Positions 1-10,238 are shown, counted from the first letter of the stretch. The stretch: DNA of 64,000 nt from an uncultured delta proteobacterium (GCA_963745025.1 CAVUWD010000011.1:288001-352000); one strand, 5' to 3'. Notes: generated by a model not told the origin, from the sequence alone. A program made the numbers and translations.

Positions 1-162
1 ATCGACAACGTGTTTTGGGGCGGGAGCGTCGTCGACGCGAGCGATGAGTCCGGGTCCGCGCTGGCGATCCGCTCGCTGAACGAGCACGTCGCCGCCGACC
101 AACGCGTCGACGCGGTGATCGTGCCGATCGCCGACGGGCTGACGATTGTGAGAAAGAAATGA
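1..162 (+). CDS. Class I SAM-dependent O-methyltransferase (caffeoyl-CoA OMT-like), C-terminal part only
   Basis: Frame 1 reads IDNVFWGGSV...IRSLNEHVAADQRVDAVIVPIADGLTIVRKK*, the typical Methyltransf_3 C-terminus; truncated by the window edge. Confidence 0.85.
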   Translation: MDNVFWGGSVVDASDESGSALAIRSLNEHVAADQRVDAVIVPIADGLTIVRKK

Positions 163-166
163 TGGA

Positions 167-235
167 CGGCTACCGGCTACAGGCAAAGACTCCGCGGTGC
201 CTTTGCGGAAGCCGGTAGCCGGAAGTCGGTAGCCG
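167..235. terminator. Inverted repeat built from heptamers between convergent genes; possible bidirectional terminator
   Basis: GGCTACCGGCT (168-178) pairs with AGCCGGTAGCC (210-220); inner GCAAAG/CTTTGC arm. Confidence 0.5.
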
Positions 236-239
236 TTTG

Positions 240-854
240 TCAACTTTTCCCGTTCTGAATCAGCGTCATGAACTCCTGACGCGTCGCCTGACGCGTCCGG
301 AAGCTGCCGAGCATGGCGCTCGTGACGACGACCGAGTTCTGCTTCTCGACGCCGCGCATCCGCATGCACAGGTGCTCCGCTTTGAGCACCACGCCGACGC
401 CGAGCGCGTCGAGCTCCGCCATCAGGGTCGTGGCGATTTGGGTCGTCATCCGCTCCTGGACCTGTAGTCGGCGGGCGAACACTTCGACGAGGCGAGCGAG
501 CTTGGAAAGGCCGAGGATGTGGTGCTTCGGGATATAGGCCACCTGGGCTTTGCCGAAGAATGGCAGGAGGTGATGCTCGCAGAGAGAGAAGAAATCGATG
601 TCGCGGCAGAGAATCATCTCCGAGTAGTCCTCGACGAAGAGAGCTCCGTTGATGATCGCCTTCGGGTCCTGACCGTAGCCGCTGGTGAGCACCTCGAAGG
701 CTCGGGCGACCCGAGCGGGGGTCTTGACCAAGCCCTCGCGGCTCGGATCCTCGCCGACCTTCTCGAGAATCGCCCGCACATGGGGCTCGATGGCCCGTAA
801 CCCGGGGGCGCGTAGTAGGCGAAGCCGGTTCTTGCGATTCCTGTCGACCTTCAT
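240..854 (-). CDS. folE: GTP cyclohydrolase I
   Basis: [46 protein letters not shown] motifs. Confidence 0.97.
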   Translation of the reverse strand: MKVDRNRKNRLRLLRAPGLRAIEPHVRAILEKVGEDPSREGLVKTPARVARAFEVLTSGYGQDPKAIINGALFVEDYSEMILCRDIDFFSLCEHHLLPFFGKAQVAYIPKHHILGLSKLARLVEVFARRLQVQERMTTQIATTLMAELDALGVGVVLKAEHLCMRMRGVEKQNSVVVTSAMLGSFRTRQATRQEFMTLIQNGKS

Positions 855-963
855 CCGGGGACCGTATAGCCCGGAATCAGGACTGAGTCAGCAGGGCTTT
901 CGGCCTTCGGCTATCGGCCTTTGGTAAATGACTCCATGATTCCTTCGCCATAACGCCGAACCG

Positions 964-1998
964 CTACTTGCTCTTCTTCTCAAAAGCCTTGACCTTTTGA
1001 TACTTTCGATAATCGTAGCCGGTCGCCATCGCCATCAAGAGACCGTCCATGCCGCCATCCTCTTCGCGCCGCAGGATGCGCAGCCGGTCGTAGAACTTCT
1101 GGAAGTCTTGATTGATGCGAAAGCGGTCATCGAGCGGCCGCAGAAAGAAGTCCTTCAGACGAGTGACCGTGAAGCGGAGAGCCGAGAAGCGAAGCTCGTT
1201 CGGAAATGCGTCCCACTCGGCGAGCGAAAGTGTACGGAGCGATTCGTACCCGGAAATCAACGCTTCGAAGTGACGAAGTTGATATTTGCCGTCTACGAAG
1301 CAGAGCGCGTTGACGGCCGTGGCGAGATCATAGACGAACTTGCCCCGGCAGGCAGCCTCGAAATCGAGGATGCCGACGACCTTGTCACCCTTGAACAACA
1401 CGTTGTCGCAGAAGAGGTCACCGTGGATGATACCCTTCGGCAGCTTCCCCTCTAGGTAGTAGTGGAGATACTCCACTTCCTCGTCGAGCGTTCGCGCGAC
1501 CTTCTTGAAATAACTCGGCAGCTTTTCCCGAACATCCCGGTAGAGCTCGAAGATCCGCTCGAAGTTGAAGCGATTATCGATGCCCTTCTTGTAGCCTTTG
1601 CCGATCAGGTGCAGGGCCGCGAGCTCTCGACCGATGTTCTCGAGCGCACCAGGCGTGAGCTCGCTGGGATCGAAAGTATCACCCTCGATGTGCCGATAGA
1701 GGGAGATACACTTGCCGCCGAGCTCTCGATACTGACGGCCCTTGCGGTCAGGGAGCGGCTGCGGGCACGGAAACGCGTGCTTGCGCAGAAAGAGCAGCAG
1801 GTCGATCTCGCGTTTGACCTCGAGCTCGCTCTTTACTTCATCGATCTTGAGAAGGAATCTTCCTCGCGCGGTGTTGAGCAGGTAGTGCGTGTTGATCGAG
1901 CCCCGAGCGACTCCGTTCGTGACGAGAAGTTTTCCGAGCGCATAGTCCTCTACAATTTGCGCGAGCTCTTCGCGATCGATGAGTGTGTAGACAGTCAT
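964..1998 (-). CDS. thrB: Homoserine kinase type II (APH family)
   Basis: MTVYT start, GSINTHY, GIIHGDLFCDNVLF, GILDF, LRFTVTRL; start set at ATG 1998. Confidence 0.85.
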   Translation of the reverse strand: MTVYTLIDREELAQIVEDYALGKLLVTNGVARGSINTHYLLNTARGRFLLKIDEVKSELEVKREIDLLLFLRKHAFPCPQPLPDRKGRQYRELGGKCISLYRHIEGDTFDPSELTPGALENIGRELAALHLIGKGYKKGIDNRFNFERIFELYRDVREKLPSYFKKVARTLDEEVEYLHYYLEGKLPKGIIHGDLFCDNVLFKGDKVVGILDFEAACRGKFVYDLATAVNALCFVDGKYQLRHFEALISGYESLRTLSLAEWDAFPNELRFSALRFTVTRLKDFFLRPLDDRFRINQDFQKFYDRLRILRREEDGGMDGLLMAMATGYDYRKYQKVKAFEKKSK

Positions 1999-2039
1999 GA
2001 AACCCTCCCTCCACCTCGCAACCACCGCAACCTGCCGGG

Positions 2040-2069
2040 AGTCTAGAATCCTATATCAGCGAATGTCAA
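2040..2069 (-). promoter_or_regulatory. Putative sigma70 promoter for thrB-folE
   Basis: Minus strand TTGACA-N18-TAGACT in an AT-rich intergenic stretch. Confidence 0.45.
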
Positions 2070-2187
2070 GGACTTTTCCCCTGTTGTCATTTTTGAACAG
2101 AGAGGAAGAGAAATTACGTAGCAACTAACAGACACCGGCCAAGCGCTCGACATTTCAGGGATTTATTTCGCGAGGACCGGAACCCAA

Positions 2188-2946
2188 TCAAACGCCGATC
2201 TGCGGGCAAATTGCGCCCAAGGGACAATTCTCACATTGGGGACTGCGCGCGAAGCACACTCGGCGTCCGTGATGGATGAGCCGGTGACAAAAGGCCGTCC
2301 ATTGTTTTGGAGTCAACAATTGTTTGATATCCTCTTCGATCCTATCCGGGTTTTCCGCACGGGTCAGACCCAATCGGTAACTCAACCGCTTGACGTGCGT
2401 ATCGACAAAAACTGCTTGCTCGCCGAAAGCAGTACCGAGCACGACGCTTGCCGTTTTTCGGCCCACTCCTTGCAAAGATGTAAGCTCCTCCATCGTCTGC
2501 GGAACTCTGCCAGCAAATCTTTTCCACACATGCTTGGCACACTCGCGAATCGCTTTCGCCTTCTGGCTGTAGAATCCCGTCTTGCGAATGAGGCTCTCGA
2601 TCTTCCGTTGGGGCGCTTGCGCAAGCGATGGCGGATCGGGAAACTGCTCGAAGAGCGCCGGTGTAACCTGGTTCACCATCTTGTCCGTAGATTGCGCCGA
2701 CAAAATTGTTGCCACGAGAAGCTGCCAGGGGTTCTCGAAATTCAGCTCGCACGTCGCATCGGGGTATGCTTCCTGGAGACGTGCGGCGATTCGCTCGGCA
2801 CGGTTGCGCCGCGCCAGGGCGCTCTCTCGGCGTGGGGCGCTGGGTTTCACCCTCGCCTTCACGCCTGACGTCTCGCTTGCCGCAGCGGCCCGACCACTCC
2901 TTCGAGGTATTCGCGCGCCCGTTGCTCTCGCTTCGGCCGGCTCCAA
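2188..2946 (-). CDS. nth: Endonuclease III
   Basis: LLVATILSAQSTD, HhH LQGVGRKTA, VDTHV, C-x6-C-x2-C-x5-C Fe-S motif; true start probably about 2860 or downstream. Confidence 0.95.
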   Translation of the reverse strand: MEPAEARATGARIPRRSGRAAAASETSGVKARVKPSAPRRESALARRNRAERIAARLQEAYPDATCELNFENPWQLLVATILSAQSTDKMVNQVTPALFEQFPDPPSLAQAPQRKIESLIRKTGFYSQKAKAIRECAKHVWKRFAGRVPQTMEELTSLQGVGRKTASVVLGTAFGEQAVFVDTHVKRLSYRLGLTRAENPDRIEEDIKQLLTPKQWTAFCHRLIHHGRRVCFARSPQCENCPLGAICPQIGV

Positions 2947-4502
2947 CCGAGGCGATCACCCATCAGATCCGAAGTCATCTGGGCAACTCCTGCCCCACCG
3001 TCGGCGCTCTTCAAGGCGACGTGCGTGCGGCGCCGGAGCACGTCGTCCACGCGAAGCGCCATTTCGGATTCCGCTGCGAAGGCGACCTCTGCGCGCAGAT
3101 CCGCTGCCTGGGGCGTCAACGGCTCGGCGAGCCCGGGAGCGCTCGCGAGCAGCGAGATGAGCTGCCGAGCCCTCGCTCCGTACCGCTCGAGTAAGGAATC
3201 GACGACGCCGGCGCGGATCCTCGGATCGCCGTCGACGGGCGCAGCGGCCCCTCCCGGAAGCGGCAGCGACTCCGTTCCCGATCGCCGACGGGTCTCGATG
3301 CCAAACCGCCGGCGCAGAACCCGGGCGACGCGGTCGACGACCCGGATTGCCACGCGGCGATAGGTGGTGAGTTTGCCGCCGCCGAGCGAGATCAAGCCCG
3401 AGCCGCTCTCGAACAGCGCTTCCTCACGAGATACTTCCGACGGCGCCTCGGCCTGCGTGCCGACGACTAGAGGCCGCAGCCCGGCAAAGGTGGAAACCAC
3501 GTCGCGCTCCTTCAGATGAGCTCTGGGAAAGTGAGCGTTCACCGTCTCGAGCAGGTAATCGATGTCGCTGGCATCCGCCGCGAGATCGTCGGGACTTCCG
3601 TCATAGTCGGTATCCGTCGTGCCGACGATCGTATGGTCCTGCCAGGGGATCACGAAGACGAGTCTGGCGTCGCGCGCCGCGTGAAGCGCGATCGCATGGC
3701 GGTTGCCGATGCGCTCCCTGGACACGACGATGTGCGCGCCCTTGGTCGGCCGGAGAATCGGCGTCGCGCGCGGGTCGTCGAGCCTGCGCACGCGGTCGAG
3801 CCAGGGTCCCGTGGCGTTGACGACCGCGCGGGCACGGACCTCGAGGCTCTCCCCCTCGCGATCGAGATCGCGGACGCGCGCGCCGGAGAGCCAACCTTGC
3901 TCGTCCTTCTCCAATGCTTCGACGCCCAAGTAGTTCACGCACACCGCGCCCGCTTGCTCCGCGCCGAGCACGTTCTCGAGCACCAGGCGGGCATCGTCGG
4001 TGAAACAGTCGTAATAGATCGCGCCGCCGCGCAGCCCCTCGGCGCGTAAGCCCGGCTCGGTGCGCTGGGCTCCCGCCGCGTCCACGATGCGATGGCGCTC
4101 GATGTTGCGAAACGCCGCCAGCAGGTCGTAGAGGAGAAGGCCAAACCGAAGCTTCCAGAGCGGCAGCGGCCCTCCGCGGTACACGGGAAAGAAGAAGCGC
4201 AGTGGAGTGACGAGATGCGGCGCGAGGCGGCGCCTCAAGAGATCGCGCTCGCGCGAGGCCTCGAGGACGAGCCCGAAGTCGCCGGTTTCGAGGTAGCGAA
4301 AACCACCGTGGATGAGCTTCGAGGATCGGCTGCTCGTCCCGCCGCCGAAGTCGCCCTTGTCGACGAGCGCAGTCTTGAGCCCCCGGAGCGCGGCTTCACG
4401 GGCGACGCCGGCGCCGTTGATGCCGCCGCCGATGACGAGGAGATCGAAGGGCTCTTCGCTCAGGCGGCGAATCCTGGTCGAGCGCAGATCCGCGGCGTTC
4501 AT
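2859..4502 (-). CDS. glpD: FAD-dependent glycerol-3-phosphate dehydrogenase
   Basis: IGGGINGAG, GTSSRSSKLIHGG.RYL, VNATGPW, GTTD, FAGLRPL, GGKLTTYR. Confidence 0.93.
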   Translation of the reverse strand: MNAADLRSTRIRRLSEEPFDLLVIGGGINGAGVAREAALRGLKTALVDKGDFGGGTSSRSSKLIHGGFRYLETGDFGLVLEASRERDLLRRRLAPHLVTPLRFFFPVYRGGPLPLWKLRFGLLLYDLLAAFRNIERHRIVDAAGAQRTEPGLRAEGLRGGAIYYDCFTDDARLVLENVLGAEQAGAVCVNYLGVEALEKDEQGWLSGARVRDLDREGESLEVRARAVVNATGPWLDRVRRLDDPRATPILRPTKGAHIVVSRERIGNRHAIALHAARDARLVFVIPWQDHTIVGTTDTDYDGSPDDLAADASDIDYLLETVNAHFPRAHLKERDVVSTFAGLRPLVVGTQAEAPSEVSREEALFESGSGLISLGGGKLTTYRRVAIRVVDRVARVLRRRFGIETRRRSGTESLPLPGGAAAPVDGDPRIRAGVVDSLLERYGARARQLISLLASAPGLAEPLTPQAADLRAEVAFAAESEMALRVDDVLRRRTHVALKSADGGAGVAQMTSDLMGDRLGWSRPKREQRAREYLEGVVGPLRQARRQA

Positions 4503-5236
4503 CGCACCCCGAGCACGCGGTGAGTTTGCGGCAAGACGCGCACGTCGGCGAGCTCCGCCGAAGCGATGTCGTAGAAGCGTTCGAGGCTGGCCGCGGAGAT
4601 CTGCATGACGGCTTGGGGGGAGAAGATCGGCTGGAGAAAGAACACCACGGCGCGATCGACCGCCGCGACGAGGCGGGCGGCCTCGCGTACCTCCTCGTGG
4701 CGGGTATTCTCATCGACGGGCACTTTCACGTAGAGCTGCTTGCCGAGGCTCGCAGCGAGAAACCTGCGGTGCTCATCCCAAAACGGCGGCTCGCCGGAGT
4801 TCGATGACAGCTTGAGATCCATGCTGACGACGTCGACGAACGGAAGAATCGCCGCGAGGCGCTCTGGATACGTGCCGTTGGTCTCGAGCAGGATCGGCAA
4901 CGGCGGACGGGCGGTGCGGAGCAGCTCGGCGAGAAAGCTCGACTGCACGAGCGGCTCGCCACCGGTGATCGCCAGAGCAAGAAGGCCCGGCGAAGCGAGA
5001 AAGGGCTCGAGCAGAGACGACAGGATCTTGGCGTCGAGAGGATTCGGCACGACGCGCGTGGCTCCGTCGAGGCCATGGACGGTGCAGCTCGCCGTGCGTT
5101 CCAGGCTCTCCGGCGTATCGCAATAGCGGCAACGCAAGTTGCAGCCGGCCATGCGCAGGAACAAATGCCGGCGTCCCGCAAACAGTCCTTCCCCCTGGAA
5201 CGAGGTGAAAATTTCCGAAACGTAGCCGTTCGCCAT
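4499..5236 (-). CDS. queE: 7-carboxy-7-deazaguanine synthase (radical SAM)
   Basis: EIFTSFQGEG, GCNLRCRYCDT, ITGGEP, ETNG, RVLPQTH. Confidence 0.88.
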   Translation of the reverse strand: MANGYVSEIFTSFQGEGLFAGRRHLFLRMAGCNLRCRYCDTPESLERTASCTVHGLDGATRVVPNPLDAKILSSLLEPFLASPGLLALAITGGEPLVQSSFLAELLRTARPPLPILLETNGTYPERLAAILPFVDVVSMDLKLSSNSGEPPFWDEHRRFLAASLGKQLYVKVPVDENTRHEEVREAARLVAAVDRAVVFFLQPIFSPQAVMQISAASLERFYDIASAELADVRVLPQTHRVLGVR

Positions 5237-5354
5237 GCTGAGCGTTGGAACCTAGCACGCCGCGTCAGATGCGGCCATGTGGGAACTTCGCAACGGCGGC
5301 GGGCTTCCGGCTGCCCGCGGGGAAGGGGACGTTCTTGCCTTTCGTACGTCCCCT

Positions 5355-6725
5355 TCATTCGACGATCGCGATCTTCAGATCCATGACGTTCGTTCCGGTT
5401 GGGCCGGTGCGGAACAGGTCGCCGAGGCGCCGAAAAAACCCGTAGGAGTCGTTTCGCTCGAGAAAGACGCGCGGCTCGAGACGGAGCCGTGCCGCGCGCT
5501 CGGCCGTCGATCCGTCGACGAATGCGCCGGCCGCGTCGGTCGGCCCGTCTCTGCCGTCGCTGCCAGCGCTCAGGCAATGAATCCGCCGAAATCCCGCGAG
5601 TTCCTCGGCCAGCACCAGCGCGAACTCTTGATTGCGTCCGCCGCGTCCCTTGCCGCGGACCTCCACGGTGGTCTCACCGCCAGCGAGCAGGCAGATCGGG
5701 CGGCGTCCCCGCCGCGCGCGGCGACGGATCTCTGCGGCGAAACGCCGAGCGCAGACGCGGGTGTCGCCCCGCATCGACGCCGTCAGGATCTGGCTGCGGT
5801 ATCCGAGCGAGCGCGCCTCGGCGGAAGCGGCGGCGAGCGCACCTCGATTGTCGCCGATGACGACGTTCCACGTCCGTCGCTCGCCGGGCTTCAAGGTCTC
5901 AGCGACCTTCCCCTGGCGGCCGCGCTCGAGATGGCGTCGCACGCGCGCGGGCACGCGATCGACGATTCCCCGCCGCGAGAGCACCCGTAGCGCGTCGGCG
6001 TACGTCGTCGGATCGGCCGCTGCCGGTCCCGAGCCGATGACCGAAGGCGAGTTGCCGATGACGTCGGACAGCAGCAAGCAAGCCACCCGAGCCTCGCCTG
6101 CCCTGCGCACGAGTCCTCCGCCCTTCAACCGCGAGAGGTGTTTTCGCACCGCATTGACCTCGGCGATCGTCGCGCCGGCTCGTAGTAAGAGTCGATGGGT
6201 CGCGAGCGTGTCGCGGAGCGTGATGCCCGGCGCGGGCAACACGAGGAGACTCGATGCGCCCCCAGACAAAAAAACGAGGACGACGTCGCCCGCCCGGGCA
6301 CGTCGGAGAAGCGCCCAGACCGCCCTGCCAGCCTCGAGGCTTCCGCGGTTCGGCAGCGGATGACCACCGGCGAAGCCACGAACTCGTCGGGGCAAGCCAC
6401 GAGGGCGGCGCGGCGCGGCGACGACGCCGGCGGCGAGCCTCGAGCCGAGCAGGCGCGCGCTCTCGCGGGCCATCGGGATCGCGGCCTTGCCTGCGGCGAT
6501 CATCCAGATCTTCCGCCCTTCGAGAAGGAGTGTCCGCCTCGCGCCGATCCGCAGTCGCAGGGATGCTCCATCGAGGAGGCGGCTCCGCACCAAACGCGCC
6601 GGCTCGACCGCAGCCACCCCGGCGCGGAAGATGCGCTCGAGCAGCGATCGGTAACGGGGCGCCGTGCCGACCGGCGCCGCCAACCCGCTACGAGGCGATC
6701 GAGCGGCTTGATTCTCCGCGGCCAT
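5355..6725 (-). CDS. Glycerate kinase type 2 (MOFRL family)
   Basis: GKAA, GHPLP, LSGGASSL, RKHLSRLKGG, GGETTV, GGRNQE, DGPTDAAG, TGPTGTNVMD. Confidence 0.93.
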   Translation of the reverse strand: MAAENQAARSPRSGLAAPVGTAPRYRSLLERIFRAGVAAVEPARLVRSRLLDGASLRLRIGARRTLLLEGRKIWMIAAGKAAIPMARESARLLGSRLAAGVVAAPRRPRGLPRRVRGFAGGHPLPNRGSLEAGRAVWALLRRARAGDVVLVFLSGGASSLLVLPAPGITLRDTLATHRLLLRAGATIAEVNAVRKHLSRLKGGGLVRRAGEARVACLLLSDVIGNSPSVIGSGPAAADPTTYADALRVLSRRGIVDRVPARVRRHLERGRQGKVAETLKPGERRTWNVVIGDNRGALAAASAEARSLGYRSQILTASMRGDTRVCARRFAAEIRRRARRGRRPICLLAGGETTVEVRGKGRGGRNQEFALVLAEELAGFRRIHCLSAGSDGRDGPTDAAGAFVDGSTAERAARLRLEPRVFLERNDSYGFFRRLGDLFRTGPTGTNVMDLKIAIVE

Positions 6726-6769
6726 TGCTCCTATGTAGCCTGGAAGGTTCTCCGAGGAGGAATCCGACG

Positions 6770-7315
6770 ATGACTACGGCATCCGCGGAGTTCGATCCCA
6801 AGGATCCGCTCGCGAGCTTCGTAGCCTCCTGGCGGCGCGTGCTCCTCGAGCCCCGTGCCTTTTTCGAGGGCTTGCCGGCCGGGGGGCTCGAGCCCCCGCT
6901 CCTATTCGCCCTGATCTGCCTCGCGATCGGCGGCTTCGGCTTCATGATTTTCGGGGGCGGCATCAAGGGATTTCTGGGATTGCTGCTGATCGGCACCCTG
7001 CGCCTCTTCGTCGGCGCGGCGATCGTTTCGTGGATCGCACAGCGGCTCTTCGACGGGCACGGCGACTACGAGGCGACGTTTCGTGTGCTCTGCTATTCGA
7101 CCGCCGTCGCGGTGGTGATCGGCATTCCCGTCATCAAGCACTTCGCCGCGCTTTACGGGATCTACCTGGTCATCCTCGGGCTTGCCCGCGCGCACTCCTT
7201 CGATACCGTGCGCGCGATGCTGACCGCGCTGTCGAGCGTCTTCGTCGGGATGGTGATCGTCCACGCCCTCTGCCTCGGGGAGTGGATGCACCGAGTCAAC
7301 CCACTGCTCCGGTAA
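6770..7315 (+). CDS. Yip1-like membrane protein
   Basis: GGAGG RBS then MTTASAEF; several TM helices; 'VLLEPRAFF' and 'YEATFRVLCYS' pattern. Confidence 0.7.
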   Translation: MTTASAEFDPKDPLASFVASWRRVLLEPRAFFEGLPAGGLEPPLLFALICLAIGGFGFMIFGGGIKGFLGLLLIGTLRLFVGAAIVSWIAQRLFDGHGDYEATFRVLCYSTAVAVVIGIPVIKHFAALYGIYLVILGLARAHSFDTVRAMLTALSSVFVGMVIVHALCLGEWMHRVNPLLR

Positions 7316-7388
7316 GGAGCCTAGGAGGTTGCGTCACAGATCGCTCTCGTCGGTCGCGATCCCGGCTCCGGCCGCGTAGGCTGCCGAG

Positions 7389-7817
7389 TTAGCTCTCTTC
7401 CTCGACGTCGTTGGTACCGAGTCGGCGGAACGCGCTCAGGTCTTCGGCGCGGCGGTTGCGCTTGGCCTCCACCTCACGTTCCGACTGGCACTGCACGCAG
7501 AGGCGGGTGAACGGCATGGCTTTCAAACGCTCCGCCGTGATCTCGCCGTCGCAGCTTTCGCAAATGCCGTACGTTCCTTCTTCGATGCGCTCGAGCGCCT
7601 GATCGACGGACTGCAGCTTCGACCGGTCCCGGTCGGTGAGAAGGTAGCTGATCTCGCGATCGCGCTCTTCGCTGGCGACGTCGTAGGTGTCGCGGCCGTC
7701 GTCCTTCTGCCCTTCGCGGCCCTGCTTGAGGTCGTCGCGGATGCCGCGCAGCACCTGCGCCTTCATGTCGAGGAGCGTTTCCTTGGCCTGCTTGATAAAC
7801 GCTTTGCGGACGGTCAA
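7389..7817 (-). CDS. dksA: TraR/DksA C4 zinc-finger transcription factor
   Basis: DTYDVASEE coiled-coil tip, ALERIEEGTYGICESC...RLCVQC; TTG start at 7817 with GAGGA RBS. Confidence 0.85.
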   Translation of the reverse strand: MTVRKAFIKQAKETLLDMKAQVLRGIRDDLKQGREGQKDDGRDTYDVASEERDREISYLLTDRDRSKLQSVDQALERIEEGTYGICESCDGEITAERLKAMPFTRLCVQCQSEREVEAKRNRRAEDLSAFRRLGTNDVEEES

Positions 7818-7821
7818 CGGC

Positions 7822-9246
7822 TTATTCCTCTGCTTCTTCAAAATCGGGGGCGCGATTCTGCGGACGAACGCCTCCGCTGTCAACCCCTGGCCAGTCCCCT
7901 GGCCAGTCCCCGGCGACGTCGGCTCGCCGGCCGACCAGATCGTAATCGCTCGAATCGGTAATTTTCACCGGCGCAAGCTCGCCTGCCTCGAAGACATCTT
8001 CGAGAAATACCACACCGTCGATTTCCGGCGCTTGGGCTGCGGTCCGACCATACCTCCGTCCCTCCGCGTCGAGGCCGCAGGCGAGCACCGGCACCTCTCT
8101 TCCAACCCAGATCGCGTTCTTGTGTCGCGCGATGTCGCGCTGGAGCTGCATCAGCTGGTGCCAGCGCTCCTCCTTGACCGACTCGGCGACTTGCCCGGGC
8201 AGCGCGCCGGCCTCGGTGTTCTCCTCGCGGGAATAACGAAACACTCCCACGCGATCGAACTCGAGGTCCGCCACGAACCGACAGAGGTCCGCGAAGTCCT
8301 TCTCGGTCTCGCCTGGAAAGCCGACGATGAAGGAAGAGCGGAGCGCCAAGTCGGGAATTCGCGTGCGGATGCGCTCCACCAGGCGCCGCAGCGAGTCCCC
8401 CGAGCGCTCGCGACGCATCGCGCGCAGCATGCGATCGGAGCCGTGCTGGAGCGGCATGTCGAGGTAGCGGCAGATCTTCGGCTCCTCGGCGATGGTCTCG
8501 AGCAGCTCCCCCGTCACGTAGTTCGGGTAACAATAAAGGAGGCGGATCCAGTCGATGCCCTCGACCCGCGCCAGGCGACGGAGAAGCTCGGCGAGCGAGG
8601 CGGGTCCCGCGAGATCGCGGCCGTACGCCGTCAGATCCTGGGCGATGAGGTTGAGCTCGCGCACGCCTTCGCCGGCGAGGATCTCCGCCTCGGCGACGAG
8701 ATCGGCAACCGGCCGGCTCTCGTGGCGACCGCGGATCTTCGGGATGATACAGAACGCACAACGATGGTTGCAGCCCTCGGAGATCTTCAAATAGGCCGAA
8801 AACGCCTGCTCGGTGAGAATGCGCGGCACCTTCGCATCGGGAAGCACGTGCTGGGCGCCCACGTAGGCGAGCGGACCACCGGTCGAAGGCTTGCCGAGAT
8901 CGCGCAGCACCTCGGATATGCGCAGAAAGTCGCCGGTGCCGACGAAGGCGTCGACCTCGGGCATCTCGACTTGAAGTTCCTTCCCGTAGCGCTCCGCGAG
9001 ACACCCCGTGACCACGAGCTTCTTCGGCCGGCCGTCTGCCTTGTGATTCGCCATCTCGAGGATCGTTTCGATCGATTCCTCTTTAGCGGGCTCGATGAAG
9101 CTACACGTGTTGACGATCAGCACGTCGGCCTCGGCGGGATCGAGCGTGACTTCGTAGCCCTCGGCGACGAGCGTACCGAGCATGACCTCGGCGTCGACCT
9201 GATTCTTGGGGCAGCCGAGACTCGAGAGATGTACCTTGCGAGACAT
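7822..9246 (-). CDS. rimO: Ribosomal protein S12 methylthiotransferase
   Basis: SLGCPKNQVD, NTCSFI, YLKISEGCNHRCAFC, APEIDG TRAM domain. Confidence 0.96.
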   Translation of the reverse strand: MSRKVHLSSLGCPKNQVDAEVMLGTLVAEGYEVTLDPAEADVLIVNTCSFIEPAKEESIETILEMANHKADGRPKKLVVTGCLAERYGKELQVEMPEVDAFVGTGDFLRISEVLRDLGKPSTGGPLAYVGAQHVLPDAKVPRILTEQAFSAYLKISEGCNHRCAFCIIPKIRGRHESRPVADLVAEAEILAGEGVRELNLIAQDLTAYGRDLAGPASLAELLRRLARVEGIDWIRLLYCYPNYVTGELLETIAEEPKICRYLDMPLQHGSDRMLRAMRRERSGDSLRRLVERIRTRIPDLALRSSFIVGFPGETEKDFADLCRFVADLEFDRVGVFRYSREENTEAGALPGQVAESVKEERWHQLMQLQRDIARHKNAIWVGREVPVLACGLDAEGRRYGRTAAQAPEIDGVVFLEDVFEAGELAPVKITDSSDYDLVGRRADVAGDWPGDWPGVDSGGVRPQNRAPDFEEAEE

Positions 9247-9283
9247 GAGGAGAACTATCATTCATACCATCGGAGAGAGTCGC

Positions 9284-10225
9284 GTGGAACTACGGACGAT
9301 CGCCACCAACGGCATCCGGATGCGGATCGCCGAGGAGGGGTCCGGGCCGCTGGTCCTCCTCCTGCACGGTTTTCCCGAGTCCTGGTACTCCTGGCGACAT
9401 CAAATCCCGGCGCTGGCCGCGGCGGGGTTCCACGCCGTCGCGCCCGACCAGCGGGGCTATGGCGGCACCGACGCGCCGGCGGCCGTCGAGAGCTATGACA
9501 TCCATCAGCTGGTCGCCGACGCCGTCGGCGTGCTGGACGCGCTCGGCGAATCGCGAGCAGTCGTGGTCGGACACGACTGGGGAGCACCGGTCGCGTGGCA
9601 TTGCGCGCTTCTCCACCGAGAGCGCTTCCCTGCCGTCGCCGCGCTCTCGGTTCCCTACGTGGGCCGCTCGCCGCTCCCACCCATGGAGATGTTTCGCATG
9701 ATGGCGGGCGACCGCTTCTTCTACATCCTCTATTTCCAAGAGCCCGGCGTTGCCGAGCGCGAGCTCGAAGCGGACGTTCGCTCCACGTTACGCCGCTTTC
9801 TCTACGCGGCATCCGGCGACGTGATCGAGGCGCTGGACTTCTGGCGGAAGCCGAAAGACGCCAAGTTCCTCGACGGCCTGCCGGATCCGAAGACGCTGCC
9901 GTCGTGGCTCGGCGAAGCCGATCTCGAATACTATACGAACGAGTTCCGCAGGACTGGCTTTCGCGGCGGGCTCAACTGGTACCGGAACATCGACCGCAAC
10001 TGGCGCGATGCTCCCGAGCTGGCGGGCGCGAAGGTCGAGCAGCCTGCGCTGTTCGTCGCGGGCGAGCGGGACGGCGTGCTGGCGATGATGCCTCCCGAGG
10101 CGATGCGCGAGCTGGTGCCGAATCTCCGGCAGCTACTTCTGCTGCCGGGCTGCGGTCACTGGACACAGCAGGAGCGGCCGGCAGAAGTGAACGCGGCGCT
10201 GATCGAGTTCCTGAAGTCTGTCTAG
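9284..10225 (+). CDS. Alpha/beta hydrolase, epoxide hydrolase-like
   Basis: HGFPE, GHDWGA nucleophile Asp, LNWYR, GHWTQQE. Confidence 0.92.
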   Translation: MELRTIATNGIRMRIAEEGSGPLVLLLHGFPESWYSWRHQIPALAAAGFHAVAPDQRGYGGTDAPAAVESYDIHQLVADAVGVLDALGESRAVVVGHDWGAPVAWHCALLHRERFPAVAALSVPYVGRSPLPPMEMFRMMAGDRFFYILYFQEPGVAERELEADVRSTLRRFLYAASGDVIEALDFWRKPKDAKFLDGLPDPKTLPSWLGEADLEYYTNEFRRTGFRGGLNWYRNIDRNWRDAPELAGAKVEQPALFVAGERDGVLAMMPPEAMRELVPNLRQLLLLPGCGHWTQQERPAEVNAALIEFLKSV

Positions 10226-10238
10226 CGAATGCGTCATC

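Noticed and set aside
2859-2946. 88-bp overlap of glpD and nth
   Set aside because: Most likely an over-extended nth start call.
7885-7911. 12-bp tandem duplication (GDWP x2) near the rimO 3' end
   Set aside because: Local slippage in a non-conserved tail; no functional implication.
7687-9498. 603-aa plus-strand ORF
   Set aside because: Antisense shadow of rimO; long stop-free antisense frames are expected at this GC content.
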